From Peribolospora baueri (taxonomy: Eukaryota), in assembly GCA_029717555.1 (NCBI GenBank), contig JAMDHS010000037.1:124001-188000 (forward strand): a stretch of DNA of 64,000 nt, read 5' to 3'. How positions within the stretch are numbered: the first letter of the stretch is position 1; every line of letters starts with the position of its first letter. A model generated the notes under the pieces. The model was not told the DNA's origin. It made no database searches and worked only from the letters and a program-made list of their open reading frames with translations. Shown here in pieces: positions 63,281-64,000 of the stretch. Position numbers and translations under genes: made by a program.

Positions 63281-64000
63281 CTAGACGTGAAAAGCAAACA
63301 TGGTTTGCGACGCGGCATTCACCGCGTCAGCGCCGCCGCACGAGTCGATAAACTCGGACAAAAAGTCCTGGCCCGCGTCGTTGAGCCCCTCAAGGCCGAG
63401 CGTCGTGCCCACGCCCGCGCCCGCGCTCGCGCCGGCGTCAAAGCTAGCTCCGGCGCCGGAAGACACGTCGTTCAGCGCGGCGGCCAACGAACCGTCAGGC
63501 ATCCAGCCATCGCCCTCCGTTGCGGCGAGGCCGACGAGGCCGCCAGACATGAACTGCGGTGCGTCGGCGTTCATCGGCGACGAGTTGGACGATGACGACG
63601 ACGAGGAAGAGTGGGTGACGGCGGCAACCAAGGACGATGCGGCGGCTTTAGCGCAAGGGGGAGCGGCGCCGCCGGGGGCAAAGACGTTCCGGACGGGCGA
63701 GTCAACCGCCCATCCGTCCGCGGCGGCCCACTTCTGTCCGAGCCTGCTCCTCAGCCAAGGGCTACCGGGCCTGGGAGCCGAGGGCGCCTCGAGCGGGGTG
63801 TGGATGACCTGCGGGAAGGGCGTCACGGGCTGCGAGCCGGCGCCACCGGTGGCGGTGCTCGCGGAGCACATGGAGAGCAGACCGACGGAGAGTTCGCCAG
63901 AGGAGAGAGCGGCGGAGGGGGCGGTGGAGCGAGTGAAGGCCTGGGCAGGCGGGATGGACACGCTGAGGTTGTGTTTGTTGATCGAGCCCTGACGTCGGCG
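63281..64000 (-). CDS. 3' part of an unidentified gene (low-complexity C-terminus; 5' end outside window)
   Basis: The frame is open from the right edge to a stop at 63281 (...DFLSEFIDSCGG...TMFAFHV*). It is followed on the minus strand by a pyrimidine-rich, UTR-like tract. No domain is visible. Confidence 0.6.
   Translation of the reverse strand, partial: RRRQGSINKHNLSVSIPPAQAFTRSTAPSAALSSGELSVGLLSMCSASTATGGAGSQPVTPFPQVIHTPLEAPSAPRPGSPWLRSRLGQKWAAADGWAVDSPVRNVFAPGGAAPPCAKAAASSLVAAVTHSSSSSSSSNSSPMNADAPQFMSGGLVGLAATEGDGWMPDGSLAAALNDVSSGAGASFDAGASAGAGVGTTLGLEGLNDAGQDFLSEFIDSCGGADAVNAASQTMFAFHV

Noticed and set aside
63300..63992. 230-aa plus-strand ORF
   Set aside because: Probably the antisense shadow of the minus-strand gene entering from the right edge. 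It has no real ATG start and no motif.

Overview
Gene-dense, GC-rich, intron-containing fungal genomic DNA. It is probably a basidiomycete (inferred from protein and intron style, not proven). Genes in order: BMS1 (-, runs off the left edge), MgtE/SLC41-type cation transporter (+), OSCA/TMEM63 (DUF221) channel (+), DNA polymerase delta POL3 (+), DUF3632-like protein (-) beside a lower-GC degenerate island, LRR protein (-), IML1/DEPDC5 (+), mitochondrial NAD+-type carrier (-), V-ATPase subunit B (+), FAD monooxygenase (-), VNX1-type CAX exchanger (+), an unrecognised secreted protein (-), a single-pass Pro/Ser-rich membrane protein (-), a double-RING protein (+), a secreted fasciclin (-), ATG9 (+), and the 3' end of an unidentified gene (-). 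The three most notable observations are: (1) the secreted protein carries four dispersed C-x-P-x-W-W-x-G-x4-W-Y-G...C modules; (2) a box C/D snoRNA sits in an unusually long intron of the NAD carrier gene; (3) the 10-mer GAGTCACGTG (CLEAR/Cbf1-like E-box) occurs three times upstream of genes, in a window rich in vacuole and autophagy genes. I found no CRISPR array, tRNA, rRNA or recognisable transposon. Exon structures were read by eye and need RNA-seq confirmation.
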